A program made the translations under genes and the position numbers. Below are positions 18,462 to 28,753 of a stretch of 64,000 nt of DNA, piece after piece. The notes under the pieces are model-generated. The model made no database searches. It was not told the DNA's origin and saw nothing but the letters and a program-made list of their open reading frames with translations. The stretch spans positions 23,607 through 87,606 of IMG/VR virus record IMGVR_UViG_3300020152_000002; one strand, written 5' to 3'. This DNA comes from a virus. Position 1 is the stretch's first letter; every line of letters begins with the position of its first letter.

Positions 18462-20342
18462 ATGGTCAACAAGGTTGACGCGAACTTCACCGGCCTGCGC
18501 TACGCCAAGGAAGTGCAGGGCCAGCCCGGCGTCCTGCCCGGCGAGGAAGGCAACTCCGGCTCGCCGATCTGGCTTGAGCTTGAGCCGAACAGCTACTCGG
18601 ACTTCGGCGCGGAAGTCACCACGACCGCCCGCTCGCCGATCACCGCCGGGCGGCAGAAGAAGAAGGGCCGCGTCACCGATCTCGACGCCAACGGCGGCTT
18701 CCAGATCGACTTCACCGGCAACAACATGGTGGACCTTCTGGACACCTTCATGTTCGCCGACTGGCGCGCTGCCGCCACCGTCACTCGCATCGAGAGCGTG
18801 ACCGGCGCGACCGACCGCTACACGAAGACCGGCGCGTTCGGCTCGGGCTTCGCGGCCGGTGATCTGGTCTTCGCGTCGGGCTTCGTGCTCGACGCCAACA
18901 ACGGGCTCAAGGCGATCTCCGCCGTCAACGCCGACTACATCACGGTCGGCGACGGTCTGGTGGATGAAGCCGCCACCGTGCAACCGGCCGATCTCGCCGG
19001 TTACGTCTTCGGCATCGTGATCGAAGCCGATGGCGACAACGGCTACGGCAGCGACGTGGAAGTCAGCTACACCGCCGAAGCGGGCGACGACATCGACGAC
19101 GTGGGCAACGCCCTCGTCGCGCTGCTGGCGGCGCACACCCCGGCGGTGACGGCGACCTACACCGCCGCCACCGATGTCCTGCAAATCGCCTCGGCGGAGA
19201 ACGCTGGTGACAGCGTGATCACCGCGACGGTCACGGACCCGCAGGGCTATGTGCAGACGGGCATGGCCCCGACCATCGAAGCGGCGACCGGCACCCCCGC
19301 CGACACGCGCGACGTGGACTGGACGGCCGCCGCGACCGCCGTGGACTACATCGAATACGGCAAGCTGCAACGCATCGGCGTTCAGTCCGCCGCTGGCGAT
19401 CTGGACGTTGACGCCGCCACCGATCCGCTGCACCCGGCGCTGACCAGCACGACGCTGGACTTCACCGACTACGGTCTGATCCCCGGTCAGTGGGTCTACA
19501 TCGGCGGCGACGCGGCGGGCACCCGGTTCACGAACGCCGGGAACAACGGCTTCGCCCGCGTCTTCTCGGTGTCGGCGAACCGGCTGGCGTTCGACAAGAC
19601 GCAGAACACGATGGTCAACGAGGCCAACGCCGCGCAGACCGTCCGCCTGTTCTTCCCGGACCTGATCAAGAACGAGGCCGACCCGGACCTGATCGTGACC
19701 AAGACGGTCCAGTTCGAGCGGAAGGTCGTCGTCGGCTACGAATACCTGATGGGTTCGCACGGCAACGAACTGACGATCAACATGCAGACCGCCGACAAGA
19801 TCACGGTGGATATGGCGTTCGTCTCGTTCGACGCCGACCCGACCGAGAGCCGGAAGCCGGGTTCGTTCCCGCCGATCCGCACCGCGCCGGAAGCGTTCAA
19901 CACGACCAGCGATGTCGTCCGCATCCGTGCGTCGAAGCAAGGCAGCGCCTCGCCGCTGTTCGGCTTCGTGCAGGAGATGTCGCTGTCCATCAACAACAAC
20001 GTCGAGCCGTTGAAGGCCATCGGCGTCCTCGGGGCCTTCGACGCCAGCATTGGCGACTTTGAAGTCACCGGGGACATCACGGCCTACTTCAACGACATCG
20101 AAGCGGTGCAAGCCGTCCGCAACTCGGACAGCCTGTCCATCGACTTCGCGCTGGCCTTCGACAACCAAGGCTGGCTGTTCGACGTGCCGCTGTTCACCGG
20201 CTCGAACGGGATGCTGAACGTGGAGAAGGATCAGGCCATCACGATCCCGGTGGGGATCGAGGCGGCCGAAGACCCCGATCTGCACACCACCCTGATCGTC
20301 TGCTGGTTCCCCTACCTGCCCTCGGTGGCGATGGCGAACTAG
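18462..20342 (+). CDS. major tail tube protein with an inserted extra domain
   Basis: DAN.TGLRYA.E...W..LEPNSYSDFGAE.TT.ARSPI..GRQ.KKG YuA-like signature; upstream promoter TTGAAA(18273)-N18-TACGTT. Confidence 0.9.
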   Translation: MVNKVDANFTGLRYAKEVQGQPGVLPGEEGNSGSPIWLELEPNSYSDFGAEVTTTARSPITAGRQKKKGRVTDLDANGGFQIDFTGNNMVDLLDTFMFADWRAAATVTRIESVTGATDRYTKTGAFGSGFAAGDLVFASGFVLDANNGLKAISAVNADYITVGDGLVDEAATVQPADLAGYVFGIVIEADGDNGYGSDVEVSYTAEAGDDIDDVGNALVALLAAHTPAVTATYTAATDVLQIASAENAGDSVITATVTDPQGYVQTGMAPTIEAATGTPADTRDVDWTAAATAVDYIEYGKLQRIGVQSAAGDLDVDAATDPLHPALTSTTLDFTDYGLIPGQWVYIGGDAAGTRFTNAGNNGFARVFSVSANRLAFDKTQNTMVNEANAAQTVRLFFPDLIKNEADPDLIVTKTVQFERKVVVGYEYLMGSHGNELTINMQTADKITVDMAFVSFDADPTESRKPGSFPPIRTAPEAFNTTSDVVRIRASKQGSASPLFGFVQEMSLSINNNVEPLKAIGVLGAFDASIGDFEVTGDITAYFNDIEAVQAVRNSDSLSIDFALAFDNQGWLFDVPLFTGSNGMLNVEKDQAITIPVGIEAAEDPDLHTTLIVCWFPYLPSVAMAN

Positions 20343-20377
20343 CCGGGCTTGCCAGCCTTCTAACGGCCGGATATGTT

Positions 20378-20407
20378 GAGGGCCGCCCTAGTCGGGGCGG
20401 CCCTTTT
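20378..20407 (+). terminator. intrinsic terminator adjacent to promoter TTGCCA(20349)-N17-TATGTT
   Basis: AGGGCCGCCC/GGGCGGCCCT followed by TTT. Confidence 0.75.
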
Positions 20408-20433
20408 CACGTCACCATCACAGGACAGTCCCA

Positions 20434-20940
20434 GTGGCGAAGCAACCAGCTTTCAACCCGTTCGCGCAGTATGAAGTGAACGAAGACCTTGAGACGGCGG
20501 GCGTCTGGCTCGTCGATCCGTTCCACCGTATGCGCGTCGCTCGCGCGGGCGGTCGGAACACGAAGTTCAACACGATCTACGAGGCGCTGACGAAGCCCTA
20601 CAAGCGCGCCATCCAGACGAAGACGCTGCCCAAGGACATCGACCTTGAACTGTCCCGCGAACTCTACGCGAAGGCGGTCATCACCGGCTGGTCCGTGGCC
20701 GAGATCGAGCAGAAGGACGGCCGCAACGTCGCCAAGCGCGATGAGAAGGGCGAGATCATCTGGATCGACGGCAAGATGTTCGACCCGGTGACGTTCGAGA
20801 TCATCGACGTGTCGGTGGAGAAGATCGTCGAGACCTTCCGCGTGAAGCCGGAGCTTTACAGCTACGTCGTCGAGCGCGCCAACGACGTGACCACCTTCCG
20901 CGACGAAGACGCGGACGAAGCCGACGTGGGAAACTCCTAG
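20434..20940 (+). CDS. tail assembly chaperone
   Basis: LETAGVW...RVARAGGRN..F pattern; follows the tail tube gene. Confidence 0.85.
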   Translation: MAKQPAFNPFAQYEVNEDLETAGVWLVDPFHRMRVARAGGRNTKFNTIYEALTKPYKRAIQTKTLPKDIDLELSRELYAKAVITGWSVAEIEQKDGRNVAKRDEKGEIIWIDGKMFDPVTFEIIDVSVEKIVETFRVKPELYSYVVERANDVTTFRDEDADEADVGNS

Positions 20941-21350
20941 CGTTCCTCGAATACCGCTTCAAATACGGGGACAACGAAAAGAGCATGATCGAGCAGTCAT
21001 TGCGGGGACACGGCAAGTTGCCGGACCCGATAATGAACGCTCCTGAACTGTTCCCTTGGTTGTCCCCGTATTACGACGCATTCGAGGAACTGGTGGGAGA
21101 GCGCCGGTTTGACGGGATGACCGGCGAACACAGTCCGATCCCGTGGACTGCCATCGACCGCTACGCCCTGCGGCACCGGCACGGCGTCGGACGTGATTTC
21201 CCGACTCTGCTGCGGTATATCCGGGAGCTAGACTTCAAGCACCGGAAGCTCATCCGGGACAGCAGGCCGAAGCCGCAGGATCGCGGCGGCAATAAGTCGG
21301 GCAAGCCCGCTTCTGTCCCCAAGAGAAGGCCGCCGCGTCGCAGAAGGTAA
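20928..21350 (+). CDS. -1 frameshift extension of the tail assembly chaperone
   Basis: Slippery G GGA AAC at 20928-20934; -1 frame is open through ATG20985 to 21350 (PIPWTAIDRYA). Confidence 0.85.
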   Translation, partial: GKLLAFLEYRFKYGDNEKSMIEQSLRGHGKLPDPIMNAPELFPWLSPYYDAFEELVGERRFDGMTGEHSPIPWTAIDRYALRHRHGVGRDFPTLLRYIRELDFKHRKLIRDSRPKPQDRGGNKSGKPASVPKRRPPRRRR

Positions 21351-21362
21351 TCGGAGGCGGCG

Positions 21363-21788
21363 ATGGTCTCGCGCGTAGGCTCAAACCAGTTCAGTAAGCG
21401 CCTGCGTCTCCGCAAAGAACAGTTCAAGGGCGCGTCCGAAAGGATGCTCAAGAACGCCGCCCGCGCCGCACTCGAAGTGATGGTGGCGAATACTCGGGTC
21501 GATACGTCGCGGGCCGTCTCCAACTGGATCGTTACCCGCGACGGCCCATCCTCTGACTTCATTCCTGCTTATTCGCCGGGCAAGAAGGGCTCGACGGCCG
21601 CCCTGTCCATGGCCGAAGCTCTCGCCATGGGGCGGGCCGAGATCGAGGCATTCGACATCAACGCGGACCTCGACTTGTTTATCACGAATAACACCCCGTA
21701 TCTTCGCTACATCGAAGGCTCTGCCCTTACTGCCATGGGGCAGCAGGCCGCGAAATCAGCACTCGTCGGGGCAAGACTGTTCAGCTAA
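21363..21788 (+). CDS. HK97 gp10-like neck/tail completion protein
   Basis: TRVDTSRAVSNW...LFITNNTPYLRYIE. Confidence 0.8.
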   Translation: MVSRVGSNQFSKRLRLRKEQFKGASERMLKNAARAALEVMVANTRVDTSRAVSNWIVTRDGPSSDFIPAYSPGKKGSTAALSMAEALAMGRAEIEAFDINADLDLFITNNTPYLRYIEGSALTAMGQQAAKSALVGARLFS

Positions 21789-24700
21789 TGGCCGAAGAAG
21801 TCTTCAAGGTCAGGTTTACGCAGGATGGCGCAAAGGAGATCGTTCGCTCCTTTGACGACTTCATCCGTGGAGCCGATACTGCGGAGGAAGCCGCACAACG
21901 TCTGGTCAAGGCGACCAATGACGTGCGCCGGTCTGCTGACCCGGCCCAGCGAGCCTACGACAAACTGGCAGGGTCGATGCACACCCTGCGCCGCGCTGAA
22001 CAAGCCGGTATCATCAGTGCGGGAGAACGGGCGCGTCTTCAAGATCGCCTGACCATCACGTCGCAGGCCCAGCTTCGGCCAATCGGTTCGCTGATCTCGA
22101 AGATCGGCGAGGAAACGCGGGCGTGGGGGCGGTCGAACGTCGAGCGTCAGGCGACGCTCCGCACGATCAGTCAAGTCGAGAGCATGATGCGTCGCGGCAT
22201 TGCCGTGACCGATCAGGAGCGGGCTGCGATCCAGCAGGCGAACACCGCCTACTATCGGAAGCGCGAGAGCCTGCGTGAAGTCGCCGAAGCGGAAGCGGCG
22301 GCTGCCGCTGCCGCGAAGAAGTCGGCGGCGGAACAGGCGACGGCGACAAACCGGATGATCCGGGAAAACGCGCAACTGCTGTCGTCCTACGAACAGACCT
22401 ATCGCAACTCCGGCAACGCCGTCGAGAGCGCCATCGCCAAGCAGAACGCCGCCATCGCCAGCGCGGCCGACGCCTACCGCCGTGGCGTCATCAGCGGTGA
22501 GCAGCTTGTCGAAGTCGAAGGCCGCATCCGTCGTCAATACGAAGAGGCCATCGACCCGACCACGCGCATCGCCCGGTTGACGCGGGAACGCGCGCAGTAT
22601 CTCACTGGCCTCGCCAACAGCGGTCGCAATCTGGCGCAGGTGGAGCGCGAGCTTGCCCGGCTCGACGCGCAGGGGATCACGGTCGGCCAAGCCCGCATCC
22701 GGCAGCTTCGCCAAGAGGCGCAGGCGGTGGATCGTCTGCAAAATGGCTACGAGAGCATCGGCCGACTGCAAACGGTGTTCAGCCGGGTTCTCGGCGGTGT
22801 CGGGCTCGGCATGGCCGCTGCCTTCTTCACGCGGTCGCTCGACGACGTGACGACCTACAACAACCGGCTGCGGCTGGTGGCGACTTCGCAGGAGAACGCG
22901 AACCGCCTGTTCGACGAGGCCGTGGGCATCGCCAACAGGTCACGCTCGGCGCTGGGCGACGTGGTGGAGGCTTACGGCCGGATCGCGCGCTCGACCCGTG
23001 AACTGGGACTGTCCCAGCAAGACGCCCTGAACATCACGGAAGCCGTCACGAAGTCCTTCCGCATCTCCGGCGCGTCCATTCAGGAAGCGTCCGCATCGGC
23101 GGTTCAGTTCGGTCAGGCCCTCGCGTCGAACCGACTGGGCGGTGATGAACTGCGCTCGATCCTCGAACAAGCGCCGCGTCTGGCGCAGGCCGTCGTGGAT
23201 GGGATCAACCTGCTGAACTCGACCGATCCTTCGACGCTGCCCAAGGCGCTGCGGGATGAGATCGCCAAGACCGGCCGCATCTCCATCGGCACGATGCGTC
23301 AGATCGCCAAGGAAGGTCTGCTGACCAGCGATGTCGTGGCCCGTGCGGTGATGACGCAGCAGGGCGCGATCAACAGCGAGTTCGCACGGACGATCCCGAC
23401 CATCGCCGAGAGCTTCGTCGTTCTCAAGAACAACTGGCTGGCCTTCCTGAACGACTTCAACAAGGGGTCCAGCGTCGCCGCGATCATCGCGGGCGGCGTC
23501 ATGCTGATCGGTCGGAACCTTGAGACCATCATTCCCATCGCGGCGACGCTCGCTGCGATGATGGCGACGGTGTTTGTCGTCAAGACCATTCAGGACTTCG
23601 TGAACGTCATCCGGGCGGTGCCGGGGTGGATCGGCGTAGCCACGGCGGCGACACAGGCGAACACCGTGGCGACCGGCGCGAACACCGGGGCTATCACGGC
23701 GCAGTCCGGCACCCTCGGAACGAACACCGCCGCCATCATCGCCGAGACCGAAGCTCTCGCCGCCAACAGCGCCGCCCAAGGGGCCAACGCCGGAGCCCGC
23801 GCAGGGGCCGGTGCGGCTGCCGCTGGCGGCCGTGTCGTTCAGGGCGGGGGTGCTGCCGTCAACGCGGTCGCCAACGGCATGACGGCGGCTGGCGTGGCCG
23901 CTGCTGCCGCCGCCCCGCGCGTGACCCTGATGCAGCGCGCCACGTCGGCCCTCGGGATGGCTGCGCGGGTGACGCTCGGCTTCGTTCTGGCGCTCGCCGC
24001 CGGGGTCGGCACCTTCGTCCTCGCGGCGGCTGCCGGGCTCGGGCTGGTGATCGGCCTGTGGGCGCTTCTGCGCGACAGGACGGAAGACGCGACCGAACAA
24101 CTGCTGATCTACGGAGAAGGCGCAACGCAGAAGGCGATCAAGGGTCAGGTCGGCTTCTTCGATGTCGCGCTTGGTCTGTGGGATACGCTGTCCGGCAAGG
24201 TGGATGAAGTTTCGCAGTCCCAGTTGCAGCACCAGCAACAAGTCCGCGATCAAGGCATCACCGCCGCGCAGGAACGCACCGAAGCCGAAATCCAAGCTGA
24301 ACAAGAGCGGCTGGACGCCAGCGCCGTTGCTGCCGCGAGCACGATGTCTGTCTACGCGCAGATGAATGAGGGTATCATCAAAGACTTCATCGGCATGGTC
24401 GGTGATCTGGTCCGTGGCGCGACCTACATCAGCGAGACTTTCGGAACGGTGTTCAACTGGATCGGGGCCGCAGCCTCGAACATGGTCAACGCCATCGGTC
24501 AACGGATCGCCCAGTTCTACAACCGCTTCGTTCTGCCCATCGTGAACCAAGCCGCCCGGTTCGGCATCGGCAGCGGAGGCACGGCGCTGTCCGAAGCGAA
24601 CAACCAGCAAGACCTTGGCGCTGTCTGGCGGCAGGGCGACCGCAACGCCGTCATGGCGGCCGGTCAAGCTGGCAACGCCACCGAAGAACTGCTGGCCCGG

Positions 24701-26770
24701 TCGATCCTGTCTCGCGCTGCCCGCTCGCAGGGTGCCGGACGCGCCGGGCTTGAAGGCCCGACCACGCCGACGCTCACCAGCCCCTCCGGCGGAGATGACG
24801 CGCGCCGTCGTAACCGCGAGCTTGAAGAAGCCCGCCGTCGCTACCGTCAGCTTCGGGATGAACTGGACCCTCTCGCCAAGATCACCGACGACTACGCGGC
24901 CGATCAGGCGACCCTCAACGAGGCCCTGCAACGCGGCTTCATCACGGCGTCGCAACACGCCGACCTGATGGGCCGCCTGACGGCGCGCTACAATGACGCC
25001 ATCGACCCGCTGTCGAAGTATGTCCGTGAGTCGAACGCCGAACTGGCGATCCTACAACTGTCGGTCGGCGAGCGCGAACTGGCGACGGCGATCATGGAGC
25101 GTGAGCGTTCCGAGCGGGAGCGCCTGCGCCGCGACCTGACCGCCGACGAGCGCGCCCGGATCGCCGAGATCGAAGGAATGCGGATCGCGGCCGAGCGCCG
25201 GGCGTCCATGGTGGACGGCATCATGGACGCGGCCCGCGCCCGTGAGATCGAGCTTGGCTATCTTGGGCAGACGCCGCAGATGATCGAAGCCGAGCAGCGC
25301 GCCCGTGGCTATCTCGACGAGGCGCTGCGGAACAACGTCGAAGGGGCGCAAGCCCTGTTCGAGCAAGCTGTCCAGCAAGAGCTTGAGTTCATCCGTCTGC
25401 GTGACGCCGGTCGTCGCGTCGATGAGATGTATCTGTCCATGACGGAGAGCAGCCGGACGCTGGCGCAGGACACCGCCGCGCTGAATACGCTGTTCGGTCA
25501 GGGTCGTATCAGCCTCGAACGCTATAACCGCGAACTTCGCAATCTGGCGCTCAATGATCTGGCCGAACAGACGGGCGGCGGCGCTGGACGTGAACGCGCG
25601 ATCCTCAATCTCAAGAACCGCACGGAGGACATGGCGTCCGGCGTGGAGACGGCGTTCAACAACGCCTTCCAGTCGATTGAGGACGGGTTCGCCGGGCTGT
25701 TCGCGGGTGCCGAGTTCGACGCCTCGCAACTGTTCAGCAACATCGCGTCCGACGCCGCGCGCATCTTCTACAGGGCTGCCATCGACCCGCTCGTCACGCG
25801 GCTTGGTCAGCAGGCCGGGCTTGCCGGGTTCGGCGACAGCGCGCAAGCGACGGCGGCTGCCGCTGCCCAGCAACAGCAGATCGAGAGCGCCCGCACGGCT
25901 GTCGCCGCGCAGGGGGAGCAAACGCGCGCTGCCTTGGCCGGGCTGACGGCTCCTACGCAGATCAGCGAAGCCGCCACGACGCAGGCTGGCGTGGAAGCCG
26001 CCCGGACCACCGCCGCGACGACGGGCGTCCAGACGCGCGCCGCGCTCGAAGCTGCCGCCCAGCCGGGGCTCGTGTCGGCCGCCGCCGGACAGCAGGCCGC
26101 TATCGAGACGGCCAAGACGGCGGCCACGGGCACGGGCGTCGCCACCCGCGTCGGGATCGAGGCTGGGGCGCAGGGAACGCTCGCCGGGGTCAAGGCTGGC
26201 GACGTGGCCCTGCATACCGGCGCAGAGACGGCGAAGACGGCCGCCACGGTCGCCGGAGCCGCCACCCGCACCGCGACCGAAGCCTCGGCCGCTGCGACGA
26301 CCAAGGGGTTGTCGATCACCAGCGCCCTCACCGAGATCGGGGCCAACGCTGTGAGGGCCGCCACGGGGGCCTACGCGGCTATCGCGGGCATCCCGGTCGT
26401 CGGGCCGGTGCTCGCGCCCGCTGCGGCTGCTGCGGCGCTCTACGGGGTCTACGCGCTGGGCCGGAAGATGTTCTCGGCCGAGCAGGGCTTCGGCAGCGTC
26501 CCCTATGACGGCGCAGTCACCGAACTTCACAAGGAAGAAATGGTGCTGCCCGCCAAGTATGCGAACCCGCTGCGTGACAATCTGGTCAACGGCGACGGCT
26601 TCGGCGGCGGTGAACAGGCTCCGCCGGAAGTCAACATCGACCAGCAGTTCGTGAACGTCCTTGACCCGGCGGCCATGGTGGATGCTATGGAGTCGAACCG
26701 TGGCGTCCGCGCCGTGCTCAACATCATTCAGTCCAACCCCGAAGCCATCAAACGCGCTCTGTCGGTGTAA
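21788..26770 (+). CDS. tape measure protein
   Basis: 1660 aa, Ala-rich helical; QFGQALASNRLGGDELRSILEQAP motif. Confidence 0.95.
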   Translation: MAEEVFKVRFTQDGAKEIVRSFDDFIRGADTAEEAAQRLVKATNDVRRSADPAQRAYDKLAGSMHTLRRAEQAGIISAGERARLQDRLTITSQAQLRPIGSLISKIGEETRAWGRSNVERQATLRTISQVESMMRRGIAVTDQERAAIQQANTAYYRKRESLREVAEAEAAAAAAAKKSAAEQATATNRMIRENAQLLSSYEQTYRNSGNAVESAIAKQNAAIASAADAYRRGVISGEQLVEVEGRIRRQYEEAIDPTTRIARLTRERAQYLTGLANSGRNLAQVERELARLDAQGITVGQARIRQLRQEAQAVDRLQNGYESIGRLQTVFSRVLGGVGLGMAAAFFTRSLDDVTTYNNRLRLVATSQENANRLFDEAVGIANRSRSALGDVVEAYGRIARSTRELGLSQQDALNITEAVTKSFRISGASIQEASASAVQFGQALASNRLGGDELRSILEQAPRLAQAVVDGINLLNSTDPSTLPKALRDEIAKTGRISIGTMRQIAKEGLLTSDVVARAVMTQQGAINSEFARTIPTIAESFVVLKNNWLAFLNDFNKGSSVAAIIAGGVMLIGRNLETIIPIAATLAAMMATVFVVKTIQDFVNVIRAVPGWIGVATAATQANTVATGANTGAITAQSGTLGTNTAAIIAETEALAANSAAQGANAGARAGAGAAAAGGRVVQGGGAAVNAVANGMTAAGVAAAAAAPRVTLMQRATSALGMAARVTLGFVLALAAGVGTFVLAAAAGLGLVIGLWALLRDRTEDATEQLLIYGEGATQKAIKGQVGFFDVALGLWDTLSGKVDEVSQSQLQHQQQVRDQGITAAQERTEAEIQAEQERLDASAVAAASTMSVYAQMNEGIIKDFIGMVGDLVRGATYISETFGTVFNWIGAAASNMVNAIGQRIAQFYNRFVLPIVNQAARFGIGSGGTALSEANNQQDLGAVWRQGDRNAVMAAGQAGNATEELLARSILSRAARSQGAGRAGLEGPTTPTLTSPSGGDDARRRNRELEEARRRYRQLRDELDPLAKITDDYAADQATLNEALQRGFITASQHADLMGRLTARYNDAIDPLSKYVRESNAELAILQLSVGERELATAIMERERSERERLRRDLTADERARIAEIEGMRIAAERRASMVDGIMDAARAREIELGYLGQTPQMIEAEQRARGYLDEALRNNVEGAQALFEQAVQQELEFIRLRDAGRRVDEMYLSMTESSRTLAQDTAALNTLFGQGRISLERYNRELRNLALNDLAEQTGGGAGRERAILNLKNRTEDMASGVETAFNNAFQSIEDGFAGLFAGAEFDASQLFSNIASDAARIFYRAAIDPLVTRLGQQAGLAGFGDSAQATAAAAAQQQQIESARTAVAAQGEQTRAALAGLTAPTQISEAATTQAGVEAARTTAATTGVQTRAALEAAAQPGLVSAAAGQQAAIETAKTAATGTGVATRVGIEAGAQGTLAGVKAGDVALHTGAETAKTAATVAGAATRTATEASAAATTKGLSITSALTEIGANAVRAATGAYAAIAGIPVVGPVLAPAAAAAALYGVYALGRKMFSAEQGFGSVPYDGAVTELHKEEMVLPAKYANPLRDNLVNGDGFGGGEQAPPEVNIDQQFVNVLDPAAMVDAMESNRGVRAVLNIIQSNPEAIKRALSV

Positions 26771-26775
26771 TCATC

Positions 26776-27717
26776 ATGTCGTGGATCACAGGAACAGCTA
26801 CCGATCTGAAAGACCTTCTTGAACAGGTCAAGGATCATGCCGTCAGCGAGGGGTGGACTGTCCATTACTCGACCGGCGGTGCTGCGCCGAATACCGACAT
26901 GTGCTTCTTTGAAGGTCCGGGTTACGGCAGCGGCTATGAATGCTACTTCGGCATTCGCACGTTCGAGAACGCTCCGAACAACCACTACTGTCTCGAACTG
27001 CGCGGACAGACGGCATATGACGGCGCAAAAGGCTGGGCGGATCAACCCGGCCGGTCGCCGAACACGACGTTCACCCGCCTGTGGAATGGCACGATGACCT
27101 ACTGGCTGGCGATCTCGGATCGCCGGATGCTGCTGATCGTCAAGTGCTCGAACACCTATCATTCGCTCTACGCCGGGTTCTTCAACCCCTTCGCCAATCC
27201 CGTCGAATACCCCTATCCCATGTATATCGCGGGCGACGCCCCGGATGTCGGGCCATTCGGTGCGACGGACGTGAATGCGCGCTCGGTGGCCTTCCCCGGT
27301 CGCGGTGGAGCCTACATGCGCGATCCGGCGGGGAACTGGCGCGTGGTCGCCGTCTGGAACGATGACGAGAGCTTCGACTTCCAGCGCGGCGCGACCGGCG
27401 TCTTCACCGTCTGGCCCTACCTGTCCTACGTCACGAACTCGGACAACCCGGTGAACCAATACGCCTACCCGCCCTACGCTCGGGCGGAGGCGCTGCCGGG
27501 CGTCAGCGACAGCATGTTCATGTCGAACTGCTACATCATCGGCACCGATGACGAGGCGGGCGTCATGGGTGTGCTCGAAGGTGTCTACTGGGTGCCCGGC
27601 AACACGATCTCCGCCGAACAGCAGCTTACGGTGGACGGCAACACCTATCGCGTCTTCATCGCCATCTCGCGGTCGGTCGAAAGTCCGTCGCAGTTCTACG
27701 CCGTGAGGGAGGCGTAA
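26776..27717 (+). CDS. tail-tip / side-fibre structural protein
   Basis: YHSLYAGF..P...P.EYPYP.YIAG, GVLEGVYWV; follows the tape measure gene. Confidence 0.75.
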   Translation: MSWITGTATDLKDLLEQVKDHAVSEGWTVHYSTGGAAPNTDMCFFEGPGYGSGYECYFGIRTFENAPNNHYCLELRGQTAYDGAKGWADQPGRSPNTTFTRLWNGTMTYWLAISDRRMLLIVKCSNTYHSLYAGFFNPFANPVEYPYPMYIAGDAPDVGPFGATDVNARSVAFPGRGGAYMRDPAGNWRVVAVWNDDESFDFQRGATGVFTVWPYLSYVTNSDNPVNQYAYPPYARAEALPGVSDSMFMSNCYIIGTDDEAGVMGVLEGVYWVPGNTISAEQQLTVDGNTYRVFIAISRSVESPSQFYAVREA

Positions 27718-27718
27718 C

Positions 27719-28750
27719 ATGTCTTTCCAAACCGGCACCTTCGATAACACCGACACGTTGGCGGATGTCTTCGCGCTTCTGGCGTCGTTCGCGGGCTCGA
27801 ACGACTGGACGGTTCATACGTCCACTGGCATCGACTTCCACGCTTCGCAGGACGAATGTCACGTCAGCCTCGTAGGCACCACCACGAGCACCATGAACGA
27901 CCAGTTCGGGCCGTCCGGCAGCGCGACTACCCCGGATCATCGCATCAACGGGCGGCTACGGGCTACCGCAGCGGCCTACAGCGCCTCGGACGTGACCGGC
28001 AACAACGGCCGGGTTGTCTCGAATGACTGGACGCCACCCTACGCGAACTACTGGCTGTTCTCGAATGCAGACGGCGAAGCCCCCTACATCCATCTCGTCG
28101 TGCAGCGCGCGGACGGCCGCTTCAACCATCTGTCGTTCGGCGTGGTCGATAAGAAGGGTGCTTCGTATACCGGCGGTGCATTCCTTCACGGCACCTACTG
28201 GCAATGGGGCTTTTCCGCCAACACGGAGAGCGGAGGCGCGAACGGCTCGAACCTGTCTACCGCCGCGCATCTCTATTTCGGCTCCCTGAATAACCAGATC
28301 AACTTTGCCGGGCATAATATCTTTCTCGGCGACGTGGACGCTGATCTGATCATTCACAACAATACCGTCGTCAACTTCACTCGCGGTAAGCTGGCCCCGC
28401 TGTTCGACGCCACGAAGTCTCTGGCGGGGCATACTTCGTCGGTCTATGCGCGCTGGCTTGGCCCGTTCTTCCATCTCGGCCCGCATCCGATCAACGGCGT
28501 AACGCCGCTGATGGAAGTTCCGGTCATGCGCTTCAACACCGAGAGTTCCCGGCTGCAATATCTCGGCTCTCTACCGGACTGGCGCTATTGCTCGATGATC
28601 GGGCGCGATGAAGGGGAGACTGTCAACTTCTCGTCCGATGAGTGGCTGATCTTCCCGCTCAAACGCGCCCTGCCATGGAACCCGGAACCGTTTGCCGCCA
28701 AGAGCGTCACGTCCGGCCCCTACGGTGTGGCGATCAAGAAGAACGTCTAG
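27719..28750 (+). CDS. tail-tip / side-fibre structural protein (related to the previous gene)
   Basis: MSFQTGT...L..FA...W; YIHLVV...FNHLSFG; LG.LPD.R. Confidence 0.75.
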   Translation: MSFQTGTFDNTDTLADVFALLASFAGSNDWTVHTSTGIDFHASQDECHVSLVGTTTSTMNDQFGPSGSATTPDHRINGRLRATAAAYSASDVTGNNGRVVSNDWTPPYANYWLFSNADGEAPYIHLVVQRADGRFNHLSFGVVDKKGASYTGGAFLHGTYWQWGFSANTESGGANGSNLSTAAHLYFGSLNNQINFAGHNIFLGDVDADLIIHNNTVVNFTRGKLAPLFDATKSLAGHTSSVYARWLGPFFHLGPHPINGVTPLMEVPVMRFNTESSRLQYLGSLPDWRYCSMIGRDEGETVNFSSDEWLIFPLKRALPWNPEPFAAKSVTSGPYGVAIKKNV

Positions 28751-28753
28751 GCC

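Noticed and set aside
18180-20285. Long antisense ORFs (also 28571-30781, 33096-35159, 52596-54785 and others)
   Set aside because: Shadow frames of GC-rich, codon-biased genes on the opposite strand, with no RBS or recognisable motifs
25840-26330. Ala/Thr-rich repeats near the tape measure C-terminus as a separate element
   Set aside because: In-frame protein periodicity that is ordinary for tape measure proteins
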